Source of the DNA: Geosiphon pyriformis uo1
Taxonomy: Eukaryota > Fungi > Glomeromycota
Reading direction: 5' to 3'
Assembly (NCBI GenBank): GCA_016748015.1
Contig: JAAOMT010000009.1
Span: 81,861-140,700 of the forward strand
Length of the DNA stretch: 58,840 bases
Program-made: the position numbers and the translations under genes
Notes under the pieces: model-generated
Told to the model about the DNA's origin: nothing
The model's input: only the letters and a program-made list of their open reading frames with translations
Database searches by the model: none
In this document: in pieces, positions 1 through 11,620 of the stretch
Numbering within the stretch: position 1 is the first letter of the stretch
Layout: each line of letters starts with the position of its first letter

Positions 1-1146
1 ACCTTGAGGGCCTTTATCTCCTTGGGGACCCTTGTCTCCTTGGGGACCTTTATCACCTGGTTTGCCGTCAGCGCCATTAGTACCGTCAGTGCCGTTTGTA
101 CCGTTAGTACCGTCAGTGCCGTTAGTACCATCAATGCCGTTTGTACCGTTAGTACCGTCAGTGCCGTTAGTACCGTTAGTACCATCAGTACCATTAGCAC
201 CTTGAGGGCCTTTATCTCCTTGGGGACCCTTGTCTCCTTGGGGACCTTTATCACCTGGTTTGCCGTCAGCGCCATTAGTACCGTCAGTGCCGTTTGTACC
301 GTTAGTACCGTCAGTGCCGTTAGTACCATCAATGCCGTTTGTACCGTTAGTACCGTCAGTGCCGTTAGTACCGTTAGTACCATCAGTACCATTAGCACCT
401 TGAGGGCCTTTATCTCCTTGGGGACCCTTGTCTCCTTGGGGACCTTTGTCTCCTTGGGGACCCTTGTCTCCTTGGGGACCTTTATCACCTGGTTTGCCGT
501 CAGCGCCGTTAGTACCGTCAGTGCCGTTAGTACCGTTAGTACCGTCAGTGCCGTTAGTACCGTTAGTACCGTCAGTGCCGTTAGTACCATCAATGCCGTT
601 TGTACCGTTAGTACCGTCAATGCCGTTAGTACCATCAATGCCGTTTGTACCGTTAGTACCGTCAGTGCCGTTAGTACCGTTAGTACCATCAGTACCATTA
701 GCACCTTGAGGGCCTTTATCTCCTTGGGGACCCTTGTCTCCTTGGGGACCTTTATCACCTGGTTTGCCGTCAGCGCCATTAGTACCGTCAGTGCCGTTAG
801 TACCGTTAGTACCGTCAGTGCCGTTAGTACCATCAATGCCGTTTGTACCGTTAGTACCGTCAGTGCCGTTAGTACCATCAATGCCGTTTGTACCGTTAGT
901 ACCGTCAGTGCCGTTAGTACCATCAATGCCGTTTGTACCGTTAGTACCGTCAGTGCCGTTAGTACCATCAATGCCGTTTGTACCGTTAGTACCGTCAGTG
1001 CCGTTAGTACCATCAATGCCGTTTGTACCGTTAGTACCGTCAGTGCCGTTAGTACCATCAATGCCGTTTGTACCGTTAGTACCGTCAGTGCCGTTAGTAC
1101 CATCAATGCCGTTTGTACCGTTAGTACCGTCAGTGCCGTTAGTACC
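1..1146 (-). CDS. Collagen-like Gly-X-Y coding fragment with the same repeat units as protein A; open at both ends
   Basis: Minus-strand frame from 1146 is open to position 1 (~127 triplets of [24 protein letters not shown]) with the same codon choices as 2135-3910. It is bounded by a 20-N gap, so it may be a misplaced part of gene A, a later exon, or a tandem paralog. Confidence 0.7.
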
Positions 1147-1166
1147 NNNNNNNNNNNNNNNNNNNN

Positions 1167-4135
1167 ATAAATAATACCTGTGTTTTGATTGATACTACCT
1201 GCCCCTTGATTATTACCACCACTTTGGGTATTGCCCCCATCACTGCCTGGATTGCCATCAGGGCCTGGTTTACCATCAGCACCTGGTTTACCATCAGAAC
1301 CGTTAGCACCTGGCTGGCCGTCAACCCCGTTAGCACCTGGTTTGCCGTCAGCCCCGTTAGCACCTGGTTTGCCGTCAGCCCCGTTAGCACCTGGTTTGCC
1401 GTCAGGACCTGGATTGCCATCAGAACCTGGTTTACCGTCTCCACCTGGTTTGCCGTCAGTGCCGTTAGTACCATCAATGCCGTTAGTGCCGTTAGTACCG
1501 TTAGTACCGTTAGTACCGTCAGTGCCGTTAGTACCATCAATGCCGTTTGTACCGTTAGTACCGTCAGTGCCGTTAGTACCGTTAGTACCATCAGTACCAT
1601 TAGCACCTTGAGGGCCTTTATCTCCTTGGGGACCCTTGTCTCCTTGGGGACCTTTATCACCTGGTTTGCCGTCAGCGCCATTAGTACCGTCAGTGCCGTT
1701 TGTACCGTTAGTACCGTCAGTGCCGTTAGTACCATCAATGCCGTTTGTACCGTTAGTACCGTCAGTGCCGTTAGTACCATCAATGCCGTTTGTACCGTTA
1801 GTACCGTCAGTGCCGTTNNNNNNNNNNNNNNNNNNNNNNNNNNNNNNNNNNNNNNNNNNNNNNNNNNNNNNNNNNNNNNNNNNNNNNNNNNNNNNNNNNN
1901 NNNNNNNNNNNNNNNNNNNNNNNNNNNNNNNNNNNNNNNNNNNNNNNNNNNNNNNNNNNNNNNNNNNNNNNNNNNNNNNNNNNNNNNNNNNNNNNNNNNN
2001 NNNNNNNNNNNNNNNNNNNNNNNNNNNNNNNNNNNNNNNNNNNNNNNNNNNNNNNNNNNNNNNNNNNNNNNNNNNNNNNNNNNNNNNNNNNNNNNNNNNN
2101 NNNNNNNNNNNNNNNNNNNNNNNNNNNNNNNNNNACCTTTATCACCTGGTTTGCCGTCAGCGCCATTAGTACCGTCAGTGCCGTTAGTACCGTTAGTACC
2201 GTCAGTGCCGTTAGTACCATCAATGCCGTTAGTACCGTTAGTACCGTCAGTGCCGTTAGTACCGTTAGTACCATCAGTACCATTAGCACCTTGAGGGCCT
2301 TTATCTCCTTGGGGACCCTTGTCTCCTTGGGGACCTTTATCACCTGGTTTGCCGTCAGCGCCGTTAGTACCGTCAGTGCCGTTAGTACCGTTAGTACCGT
2401 CAGTGCCGTTTGTACCGTTAGTACCGTCAGTGCCGTTAGTACCATCAATGCCGTTTGTACCGTTAGTACCGTCAGTGCCATTAGTACCGTCAGTACCATC
2501 AGTACCATTAGCACCTTGAGGGCCTTTGTCTCCTTGAACACCTTTATCACCTGGTTTGCCGTCAGCGCCATTAGTACCGTCAGTGCCGTTAGTACCATCA
2601 ATGCCGTTTGTACCGTTAGTACCGTCAGTGCCGTTTGTACCGTTAGTACCATCAGTACCATTAGCACCCTGAGGGCCTTTATCTCCTTGGGGACCCTTGT
2701 CTCCTTGGGGACCTTTGTCTCCTTGGGGACCCTTGTCTCCTTGAACACCTTTATCACCTGGTTTGCCGTCAGCGCCATTAGTACCGTCAGTGCCGTTAGT
2801 ACCGTTAGTACCGTCAGTGCCATTAGTACCGTCAGTACCATCAGTACCATTAGCACCTTGAGGGCCTTTATCTCCTTGGGGACCCTTGTCTCCTTGAACA
2901 CCTTTATCACCTGGTTTGCCGTCAGCGCCATTAGTACCGTCAGTGCCGTTAGTACCATCAATGCCGTTATTACCGTTAGTACCGTTAGTACCGTCAGTGC
3001 CGTTAGTACCGTTAGTACCATCATTACCATTAGCACCTTGAGGACCCTTGTCTCCTTGAGCACCTTTATCACCTGGTTTGCCGTCAGCGCCGTTATTACC
3101 GTTAGTACCATCAGTACCATTAGCACCTTTAGGACCCTTGTCTCCTTGAGCACCTTTATCACCTGGTTTGCCGTCAGCGCCATTAGTACCGTCAGTGCCG
3201 TTAGTACCATCAATGCCGTTTGTACCGTTAGTACCATCATTACCATTAGCACCTTTAGGACCCTTATCTCCTTGGGGACCTTTGTCTCCTTGAACACCTT
3301 TATCACCTGGTTTGCCGTCAGCGCCATTAGTACCGTCAGTGCCGTTAGTACCATCAGTACCATTAGCACCTTGAGGACCCTTGTCTCCTTGAGCACCTTT
3401 ATCACCTGGTTTGCCGTCAGTGCCGTTAGTACCATCAATGCCGTTATTACCGTTAGTACCGTTAGTACCGTCAGTGCCGTTAGTACCATTAGTACCATCA
3501 GTACCATTAGCACCTTGAGGACCCTTGTCTCCTTGGACACCTTTATCACCTGGTTTGCCGTCAGCGCCGTTATTACCGTTAGTACCGTCAGTTCCGTTAG
3601 TACCATTAGTACCATTACCTCCTTGAGGACCCTTGTCTCCTTGAGCACCTTTATCACCTGGTTTGCCGTCAGTGCCGTTTGTACCGTTAGTACCATCAGT
3701 ACCAATAGCACCTTGAGGACCCTTGTCTCCTTGAACACCTTTATCACCTGGTTTGCCGTCAGCACCGTTAGTACCATTTATGCCATTAGTACCGTTAGTA
3801 CCGTTTTTACCGTCAGTGCCATTAGTACCATTAGTACCATCAGTACCATTAGCACCTTGAGGGCCTTTATCTCCTTGAGGGCCTTTATCTCCTTGGGGAC
3901 CTTTGTCACCAGTAATGGCTTTGTCTACGCCTCTTTTCCAATATCGTTTTTCCTTTAAAGAAATGGTATCTATACTATTAATTCCCTTGACTTCACGTTT
4001 GCTAATGATTGATGTGGTATCTAATTTTGTAAATGGTCTGGCTTTGAGGATTACGGGTATAGTTAGTGTCAAACTCAATAAAAATATGAAGGATCGGCCA
4101 TTGCAAAGGTAACTTTTTTTTTTGGCCATTTTCAT
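1167..4135 (-). CDS. Secreted collagen-like (Gly-X-Y) protein A; prepro leader plus very long repeat body; 3' partial and interrupted by gap 1818-2134
   Basis: First ATG at 4135 (the track's 4183 start is TTG). [32 protein letters not shown] looks like a signal peptide, and the propeptide has KR sites (ISKR, EKR, YWKR ending 3932). About 197 uninterrupted Gly-X-Y triplets run 3910-2135. After the gap, the correct frame reads ...GANGSDGKPGADGKPGPDGNPGSDGGNTQSGGNNQGAGSINQNTGIIY to 1167. TATAAAAAG lies 94 nt upstream. Confidence 0.88.
1818..2134. other. Assembly gap (others at 1147-1166, 18643-19066, 19439-20083)
   Basis: Runs of N. Confidence 1.
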
Positions 4136-5184
4136 GCAATTTAAATGTTTTAATATATAAATTAGCTGTTTCAAATTTCTCAAAGGTGAGATAATAGTTT
4201 TTCAATTACAAAATTCTTGGCTTTTTATAAAGAATTTTTTAATAAGAGACCCCACCATAAAACGAACAAATTTTATTTTGACAAAAATCTTTCTTCGAGA
4301 TTTTTCTTTACATTTAATTAACCTTAAAGGTACTGTTAGTTTCAATAAATTAAAATTTATCAAAATAGAACTCAATTAAGATTTTATATTTTATATTTGT
4401 TGCATTAAAACGTAAGATCTGCAAATGGTAAGTCCTCAAACCGGTAAATGGGATATCTTTATTGTTGACTGCAAATTCTAAAAACTAATTCAACTCTTTT
4501 CTCGGGAAAATTTATTTGTACAATTAAGGTAAGATACTTGAATAAAAAAAGTAATATTTCATTATCGAGCATCTAATTTTAAGGTTTTAGACAGGTAAGC
4601 TGGATTTCGTCATAGATGCCACGTTTTCAGAACACTAGAATTTCTAGCTTCGAATCCAGATATTTGTAATACAAAGTAATAAAAAAACATTGATTATTTG
4701 AAGCCATTTTTCCAAAGACGTTCAAATTTTGCCAATTTTCATTTGAGAATGGGAAGTATTACCTAAATTATATCGTCAACTAAAAGTTTTTTTATTTAAT
4801 TAATAAATTTGATAATATATTGAACGGTAAAAGTTGAAATTCCTTATTAAAGTCCCATCAGGCTTAATAATAACCAAATGAATTAAAAGTACTGTGAAGC
4901 CGTTATTTTCATTTATTTGACAATATTTTGTCATAAGTTACACAGAGAGCGTTTTTGACTTGAAAGAATCAAATTAATGGGAAATAGTCAATTCCCGGTT
5001 TTAGAAAGGGGGCATGGAAAAACACACTGATGATATTGGTTCGTTGCGTTTTATGAATACGTATTGTGATTAATTGGTTACGCACACGTATCGTAATTAA
5101 TTTTTATTGTAGGAATTTTCTTCTACATTTGACTTAAAAGCCGAAAAATAAAATCAATTCAAGTTTTACTAAATATGAAAATAT
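3932..5184 (-). repeat. Left arm of ~1.25 kb inverted segmental duplication (upstream region plus prepro leader of collagen-like gene A)
   Basis: The reverse complement aligns by eye with 56911-58232, e.g. 5041-5184 with 56911-57054 and the leader coding sequence, with a few indels. Confidence 0.93.
4221..4229 (-). promoter_or_regulatory. TATA box of collagen-like gene A (TATAAAAAG)
   Basis: 94 nt upstream of ATG 4135; conserved at the same distance in the paralog (57938). Confidence 0.65.
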
Positions 5185-5199
5185 TTATGATTTTTTGCC

Positions 5200-8100
5200 A
5201 ATAATTTTGCAATAAACTGTATTTATTAAAATCATATCAATAACAAAATAAAAAATTCATTTATTAATTTTAACATTATTAATTTTACTTTATTTTGATA
5301 TTAAAAAATATTATTTTGATATTGTAAAAAATTATAATTATAAAATATATATATACCAAAATTTTTACCTAACAATTCATGTTAAACTTTTTATTTTGAA
5401 TCTTTATTTTCATAATAATTGTTTAAAAGTTACAAATGAAATATATAAATTAAAATATATGTATTAAGTTTTTTAATTTCTTTGTTAAAATAATAATAAA
5501 TTTATTATTTATCAATAAATCAATAATAAATTGCAGACTTTCATACTCTCAGAACTATACTTATTAGAAAATATTTTACAGTAATTAAAATTCAAATATT
5601 GTCTTTTAGAAAAATTAAAAAGTTCTATTATATACAACTTTTTCTCTTTTATATTTTTATGATCACAATTAAAAAAAAAAAGCTATTGTTTTTAATAGCT
5701 TCAAAATTTACAAAGTCTTTTTAAAAGTAAAAAAACTAAAAAGCACTTTTTTAAAGCATTCTTCTTAAGAATAAAAACACAAAACAGTATTTAGCTGTTA
5801 AAAAAGCACTTTTTTTAGCTTCAAGTAGAGTTTTCTTTATTTATAATTTTTTTAAGCAACTAACTAAGATCAGTTTTACTGTAATTGATACTATAATAAA
5901 AAGTTGTAATTACTTTTGAGCCACTTTTTTTATCTTTGCTTAAATGGCCAAAAAAGTTAAAAAACAATTTTTTTTCTTCTTTAAAAATACTGTTGCTAGT
6001 TTTTTAAGATATTTAAAAAAAGTATTTTTCATAGTACTTTTAAAGCATTATTTTTAATTTCTTCTTTTGTAAAAAATAAAATTTTTTTTAGTTTTTTTGT
6101 TGTTTTTACTAATTTTATTGCAACTGTATTAATTAAATGTTTTATCTCAATCTGGCTGTAAACAATAATTTCCTTTTTATTTTAGATAATAATCGTAATA
6201 ACATATTTGTCAAAATTAATTCAAATTAGTACATGATTGAATTGCTTAATATATTAAATTTTAATTAATTTTTGCTAGTTTTAAAAGCAAAGCAAATTAT
6301 GTTTTTATGTGCAACTTTAATAAATTAACTTATTAAATTACTTAATTTTAAAGATTAAATTAATAAAATAAAAACTAAACCATTTTTTTTTCTGTTTTCT
6401 AAAAAAAATTACTGGTTTTGGATGTTTAAAACAGTTATTAGTTATTAAAAATATTTTGAATTTGTGGTTTCTGTTGTTATATTTGGTGGTTTTGCTAAAA
6501 TTAAAATAATTTATGTAAAGACTATGTTTTATTCTATATTTGGTTTTATTAGTATAAAGTTGATTGCTAAAAACAATATTAGATTTTTTGGTAAGATTCT
6601 TAGTATTAAGTTAAAGTTTATATGTCTTTGGCAACATATTATAAATCAATTCAAATATTCTAAAAAATTTTAATCTTATTTTTGCTTACTCGTTTGTTCT
6701 GATAAAAAAAACAGTGTTTGGTTTTTTCTAGTTTTGTGTTAAAAAAAGTTAATTGTTTTTTAAAATACTTTCAAATCAGTTAATTAACTTTTTATTAAAT
6801 TGTATTCTCTTTAAAATTAGTAATATAATTGTTAAAAAATGCAGTAAAGCATGGTAAATTTTAACTATTATTAAAAAGAGGTTGTTGTTATATTCAAGTT
6901 TTTAATAATAATATTACCAAAACTGATATTTTAAAAATTGTTATTTTTAATATAAAATCTTTGAATATTGTTATTGTTATAAATATCCAGTTTAAATTAT
7001 TTGGTTTTAAACTATAAACCTGTTTTTTGTGTTCTTTTAAAGTTTTTTTTAAAAAATTATGTTTTATTCAAGATTTTTTTAATTGGTTTACTGGTTTAAT
7101 ATTATATATTAAAACTACTGATTTAATAGAGCTTATTGAGTCTTTAGTAATCACAATTGCTTTTTTTAATACTAAAAAAGTCTTAAATAAGATTATTAAT
7201 GCTAAATTTATTTTATAATAATTTATATTACTTATTTTAATAATTTAATTGGTAGTTTAATAAAAATTTTGCCAAATATAAGAGAAATTGTAATATGTAT
7301 AAATTTAATAATAATAATAATAAAGATAAAGTAAAAAAACTTTTATTATATAAAAATACAGTAAAAAAAATTTTGTTTTTTTAAAATTTAGCAAAAAGTT
7401 TATCAATGTTTAGTTAAGTAAATTTGTTTATATTTTTATTAAAATTAACTTTATTGTTAGTAAAATGATTGCTAGAAAGTTATTTGCAGTTTTTAATTTA
7501 GTTTAGCGTAGTTTAACTTAAGTTTTAATAATAAATTGTGTATAAAAAGCATGTAAATTACATTTAACATTAACTTTTAACAGTTATAGTTAATTTAATA
7601 ATAGAATTATGCTTAATTAAAGCATATAAATAAATAATATTAACATTTGAAAAATATTTCAAATTTTTAATTTTGTTTTAATTATTCAATTAATTTTGAT
7701 TTTTAAATAATATTATAAATAAGTAATAGTTGGCTTTAAAAATTAGTGTTTTTATTGGTGTTAAAATACTTGGTATTGGTTTGTTTGAATTAAAACATTC
7801 GGTTTTTGCTGACATACATAGTAGGTTGAAATGTTTTTCTTGTGTAGTCGATTTTGTGGCTCAGACTTTTGTGCATAATAGGTTTGATATTGTATTTAAC
7901 ATGATATAGTACAGTTTTAACTGGCTTGAGTGGCTGGTTACATGTTAAAAATACGTAATTTGCAGCTGTTTGTAGGATGTTATTATTTTTTGTTTTAGTT
8001 AATAAATAAACTACACTTTATTACAGCATAATAAAATTAATAAATAAACAAATAATAATAATAATAATATTTAAATGTTTTATAAAAAAAATTCAATCTA

Positions 8101-10330
8101 TTAAATCAAAATATTAGATTAGTTGAATTTTTTTTAAAGATTTGTTTTTAAAAATAATAATTTTTATTATGTTTTAATAAAGTATAATTTTTTTCAAACT
8201 TATTTTAATTTCTATATAAAGTTAAATTATAATTTAAATTAGGTATTTTTTATATATTACCAATTATTTAGACTTATGTTAAAATTATATTAGGTTAACA
8301 TAAAAAACAAAAAATCTTAATTTATTTAAAATAATTTAAATTATTAATTTTAAAACAAATTTATCTAATCAAAGAATAATTTTTTTAACATTAAATTTAA
8401 ACATTTAAAATCAATATTATTTATATTAGAAAACCTTTTTATAACAAAAAACTTTTTACTATTTATGTTATTATAATCTATTATTATATATTTTTATAAT
8501 ATTAACAAAAAACTTAATTTAATTTTTTACAAAAGAAAACCAGATTTTTATTTTATTATTAAATTTATTTTTAATAATTAGCAAATATATAATAAATATT
8601 ACTAAAAAGTTAATAAAATTAGCAATAAATTTATTAATTAAACAGATTTCAAATTTGGACTTTTAATAAAACTAAATTTATTATTAAATATTAAAAAAAC
8701 AGCAATTTAACATAATTATTAAATTAATTAACTATTTTACAAAAAATTTTAACACAACAAAAAACTATATAATTAAAAGCAAATAATTCAAATTTTAACA
8801 TTTATAACAAAATTAATACTTAAAATTTTTTTATTAAATATAACATTTTTTTAAAATATTAATCTTAATAATAGTAACATTAAAAGTTTTTTTGAAGTTA
8901 AATTAACAATAACATATTTTTATTAATAATTAAACTTAAAAATTTAAAGAATAAAACAAGTTTAACTATACATATTAGCAATTATATTATTAATCTTAAA
9001 AACAATATAATTAAACAAGAACAGTTTTAAAAACTTTAAAAAATTTAAAATATACAATAAAACATTATTACAAATTAGCGAATTTTAAATTAATATTATT
9101 AATAAAAATGCTCAAAAAAATTTATAAAAGACTATAACAATAAGAAACAAAATTTACAGAAAATTTAACAATTTAACTTAAAAAATTTTTGATAATTAAT
9201 AATTGTTTTAAAATAATATTAAAATTAATGTTTAATTTTTATTTTATTAATTCAATAATATAATTAAATAAAGTTATATGTTAAAACATAACTTGTTTTA
9301 TTTCTAAAATTGGCAATAATTAACCAGAATTTATTTTATTAAACAATATAGTTAATTGTTAATTCAAGTCAAATTTGTTAAATATGTTATTGTCGCTATT
9401 ATTGAAATAAGAAAAAAATTATCGTTTATAGCCAAAAAGAATTAAGCATTAGTATTAATATAATAAAACTGGTAATAACACCAAAAAAACCAGAAAAAGC
9501 CAATGTTTTTTTTTAAAAAAATTGCTTCTAAATTGCTTTGGTCTTTTTAATTATTTAAACAATAATAGTTTGGCTACTATTTTTGATTGTAAGTTTTTGG
9601 GCTTTTAATAATAATAATAATAGTAACATTAGGATTACTTCTAATAAACCACTTTAAAAAAACTTTGCAAAAAAAAAGTTTCATTTAAAAACAAAATTAG
9701 TGCTTTTTTAGCAGTTAAAAACTGTTCTCTTTTTTTATTATTTAAGAAAAGTATCTTTAAAAAGTACTGTTTAGCTGTTTTTATTGTTAGAAGGACTTTT
9801 TGAATAGCTGTATTGTTAGAAACTACAGAAAAAATATAAGTCGCTTGTTTTTTTACTTTAAGTACAGTTATAAGAAAAAGGATTATATTATTTTTGCTTT
9901 TTTGTTTATTAAATAATATCTGTAAGTTTTTAATTTATTATTCAATAAAAAAACACATATAATCAAATTTGAAATACAAAAATATTAACTTAATTATTAT
10001 TAACAGTATCTTTATTTTAATATATAATTTATTATTTCATTCATAAAAAATAAATAAAGAAAAATCTAAATTTTAAAAACAAGTTTTTAAATGAAATAAC
10101 AATTTTAAATTTAATTAACTAAATAAATAATTGATTATTGGCATAACTAATTTTACATTACAATATAAACAGAAATCTGAATTTTGTAATTTTTTTTGAT
10201 ACATAAACAATACAATCAACTTTGATTTTTTTGTTTAAATTATTTTTTATTGTTTATTATTTGGTTTTTGTTGATAGAATTTTTATTTTTCTTATTGATA
10301 CACAATTAACATATGGATTTTATGTTACAA
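5200..10330. mobile_element. Heavily AT-decayed element with long diverged inverted termini; family unassigned
   Basis: 5711-5810 matches the reverse complement of ~9699-9800 (aaagtcttt...aagcactttt...ttcttaa...aacagt...ctgttaaaaaagcact). Weaker inverted matches: ~5520-5545 with ~9919-9942, and ~5235-5258 with ~10278-10300. CpG is nearly absent and there is no intact ORF. Boundaries are approximate. Confidence 0.45.
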
Positions 10331-10769
10331 ATAGTGGTTATATGATTTTAATTTTATAGCTTTTTAATCATTTCGATACTAAGCAGATGTTTAAACAAAT
10401 TAATGAGTTTAATAATTTTTTTAATATTGGTATTGAATGCTGTTTTCCCTAATATGTTTATAGCTTTGTTTACATTATTGTAAATACAATCAAAATCTAT
10501 TTCAAATATAAATGAGAGGTTTTAATCTAATAATAATGTTGAAAAACTTTGTTAGATTATTTCCAAAACATACATAATTATTTTTTAATTCTTCTAAAAG
10601 GTTGACAGTAATCAAAAAAAAAGCAAAATGCGAAATTTATTTTGGGAAAAAAAGAATTTTAAATTGAAAATCTAAAATTGATAAATCGTTCAATAGCAAA
10701 AAAAATAATTTTACAAATGAATCACAGTTCCACGGAATTATATAATTAATATATTTTTAGAAAGGCATA

Positions 10770-11620
10770 AGTCACTCGATAATCAACTCGCAACGCTGCA
10801 ACATTGAATTTACTAAATTTATTAACATAGGTTTGACAAAGAATTCTATTCTTCAGTCATATGTCGTTCCAAGTTATCCACATTTTGTGGCATTTTTTTT
10901 TCTACTTCACGTTTAAAAATTGCCCACAGATTCTCAATAGGATTTAGATCCAGACTACACAACGGCCAGTCAATGACTTCAGGTACATTTTCCACAAGAA
11001 ACGCCTTAGATACTTGATTTGCATGCTTTGGAATTTTTATATTGTTGAAAGTGACACTTTTTCCCAAGTATTCCATTAACTTTTCCAACATGTTGTTTCA
11101 AAATTTTAATATCAAATTTAGCATCCATGATATGTCAAAACAAAATAAGCTGATATTTCTCTTCATAAAAAAACCACCCCACATTAAAATTTTTGTAAGC
11201 TGTTTTGGTGTTGGAAGAATTGGCTATTTTTCCTTGTATCAACGGTCAATTATGTTTGGAAACAGTTGAAATGTTGTTTCATCGAAAATAAGGTTTTTTT
11301 CCTGTTCTCATTAAGATAAAATTTGGGCCATTTAACACGTTTCTGCTTTTGAATTTTTTGCATGAGCATTGTCATAGTAATTGGTAGGCTTTTCATTATG
11401 CAAGTAATTTTAAATGTTTGCCAATTGTGCGATATAAAATTTTTACTCCATCTGTATCTAATTTAGTAGCATTTTTTTGCAAAGACAACGAATTTTTATG
11501 AACATATTGAATTTACTTTTCTTGATATATGTCCTATAATTTTCTTATGGTAACTATTACCGCCTTTGTTGTTAATTTTCTCAACGTTTTTGACATTGCA
11601 TCATACAATTAAGATAAGTA
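10770..11620 (-). pseudogene. Tc1/mariner-type DDE transposase relic
   Basis: Minus-strand remnants in the expected order: IF-DETTFQLF (~11260-11295), VWGGF (~11170-11185) and IDWPLCSLDLNPIENLWAIFKREV (degenerate WPxxSPDLNPIENLW, ORF 10846-11091). Frameshifts and stops throughout. Confidence 0.8.

Larger units (their letters stand above)
1..3910. repeat. Coding minisatellite: 9-bp units assembled into higher-order blocks
   Basis: Units such as accgttagt, accgtcagt, gccgttagt and accatcaat alternate with cctttatcacctggtttgccgtcagcgcc blocks. Directly visible. Confidence 0.95.

Noticed and set aside
1-3910. CRISPR-like repeat/spacer appearance
   Set aside because: The 'spacers' are themselves repeats, periodicity is a multiple of 9, the context is eukaryotic, and there are no cas genes.
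4-3958. Plus-strand and alternate-frame ORFs over the collagen array (VSTVSA-, PLVPSV- and VLTVLT-rich)
   Set aside because: Shadow frames of a 9-bp repeat. Only the minus-strand Gly-X-Y frame has an ATG, signal peptide, TATA and paralog.
1139-4183. The 1014-aa ORF exactly as given in the track
   Set aside because: It starts at TTG and passes through an N-gap of estimated size, so residues after the gap are in the wrong frame.
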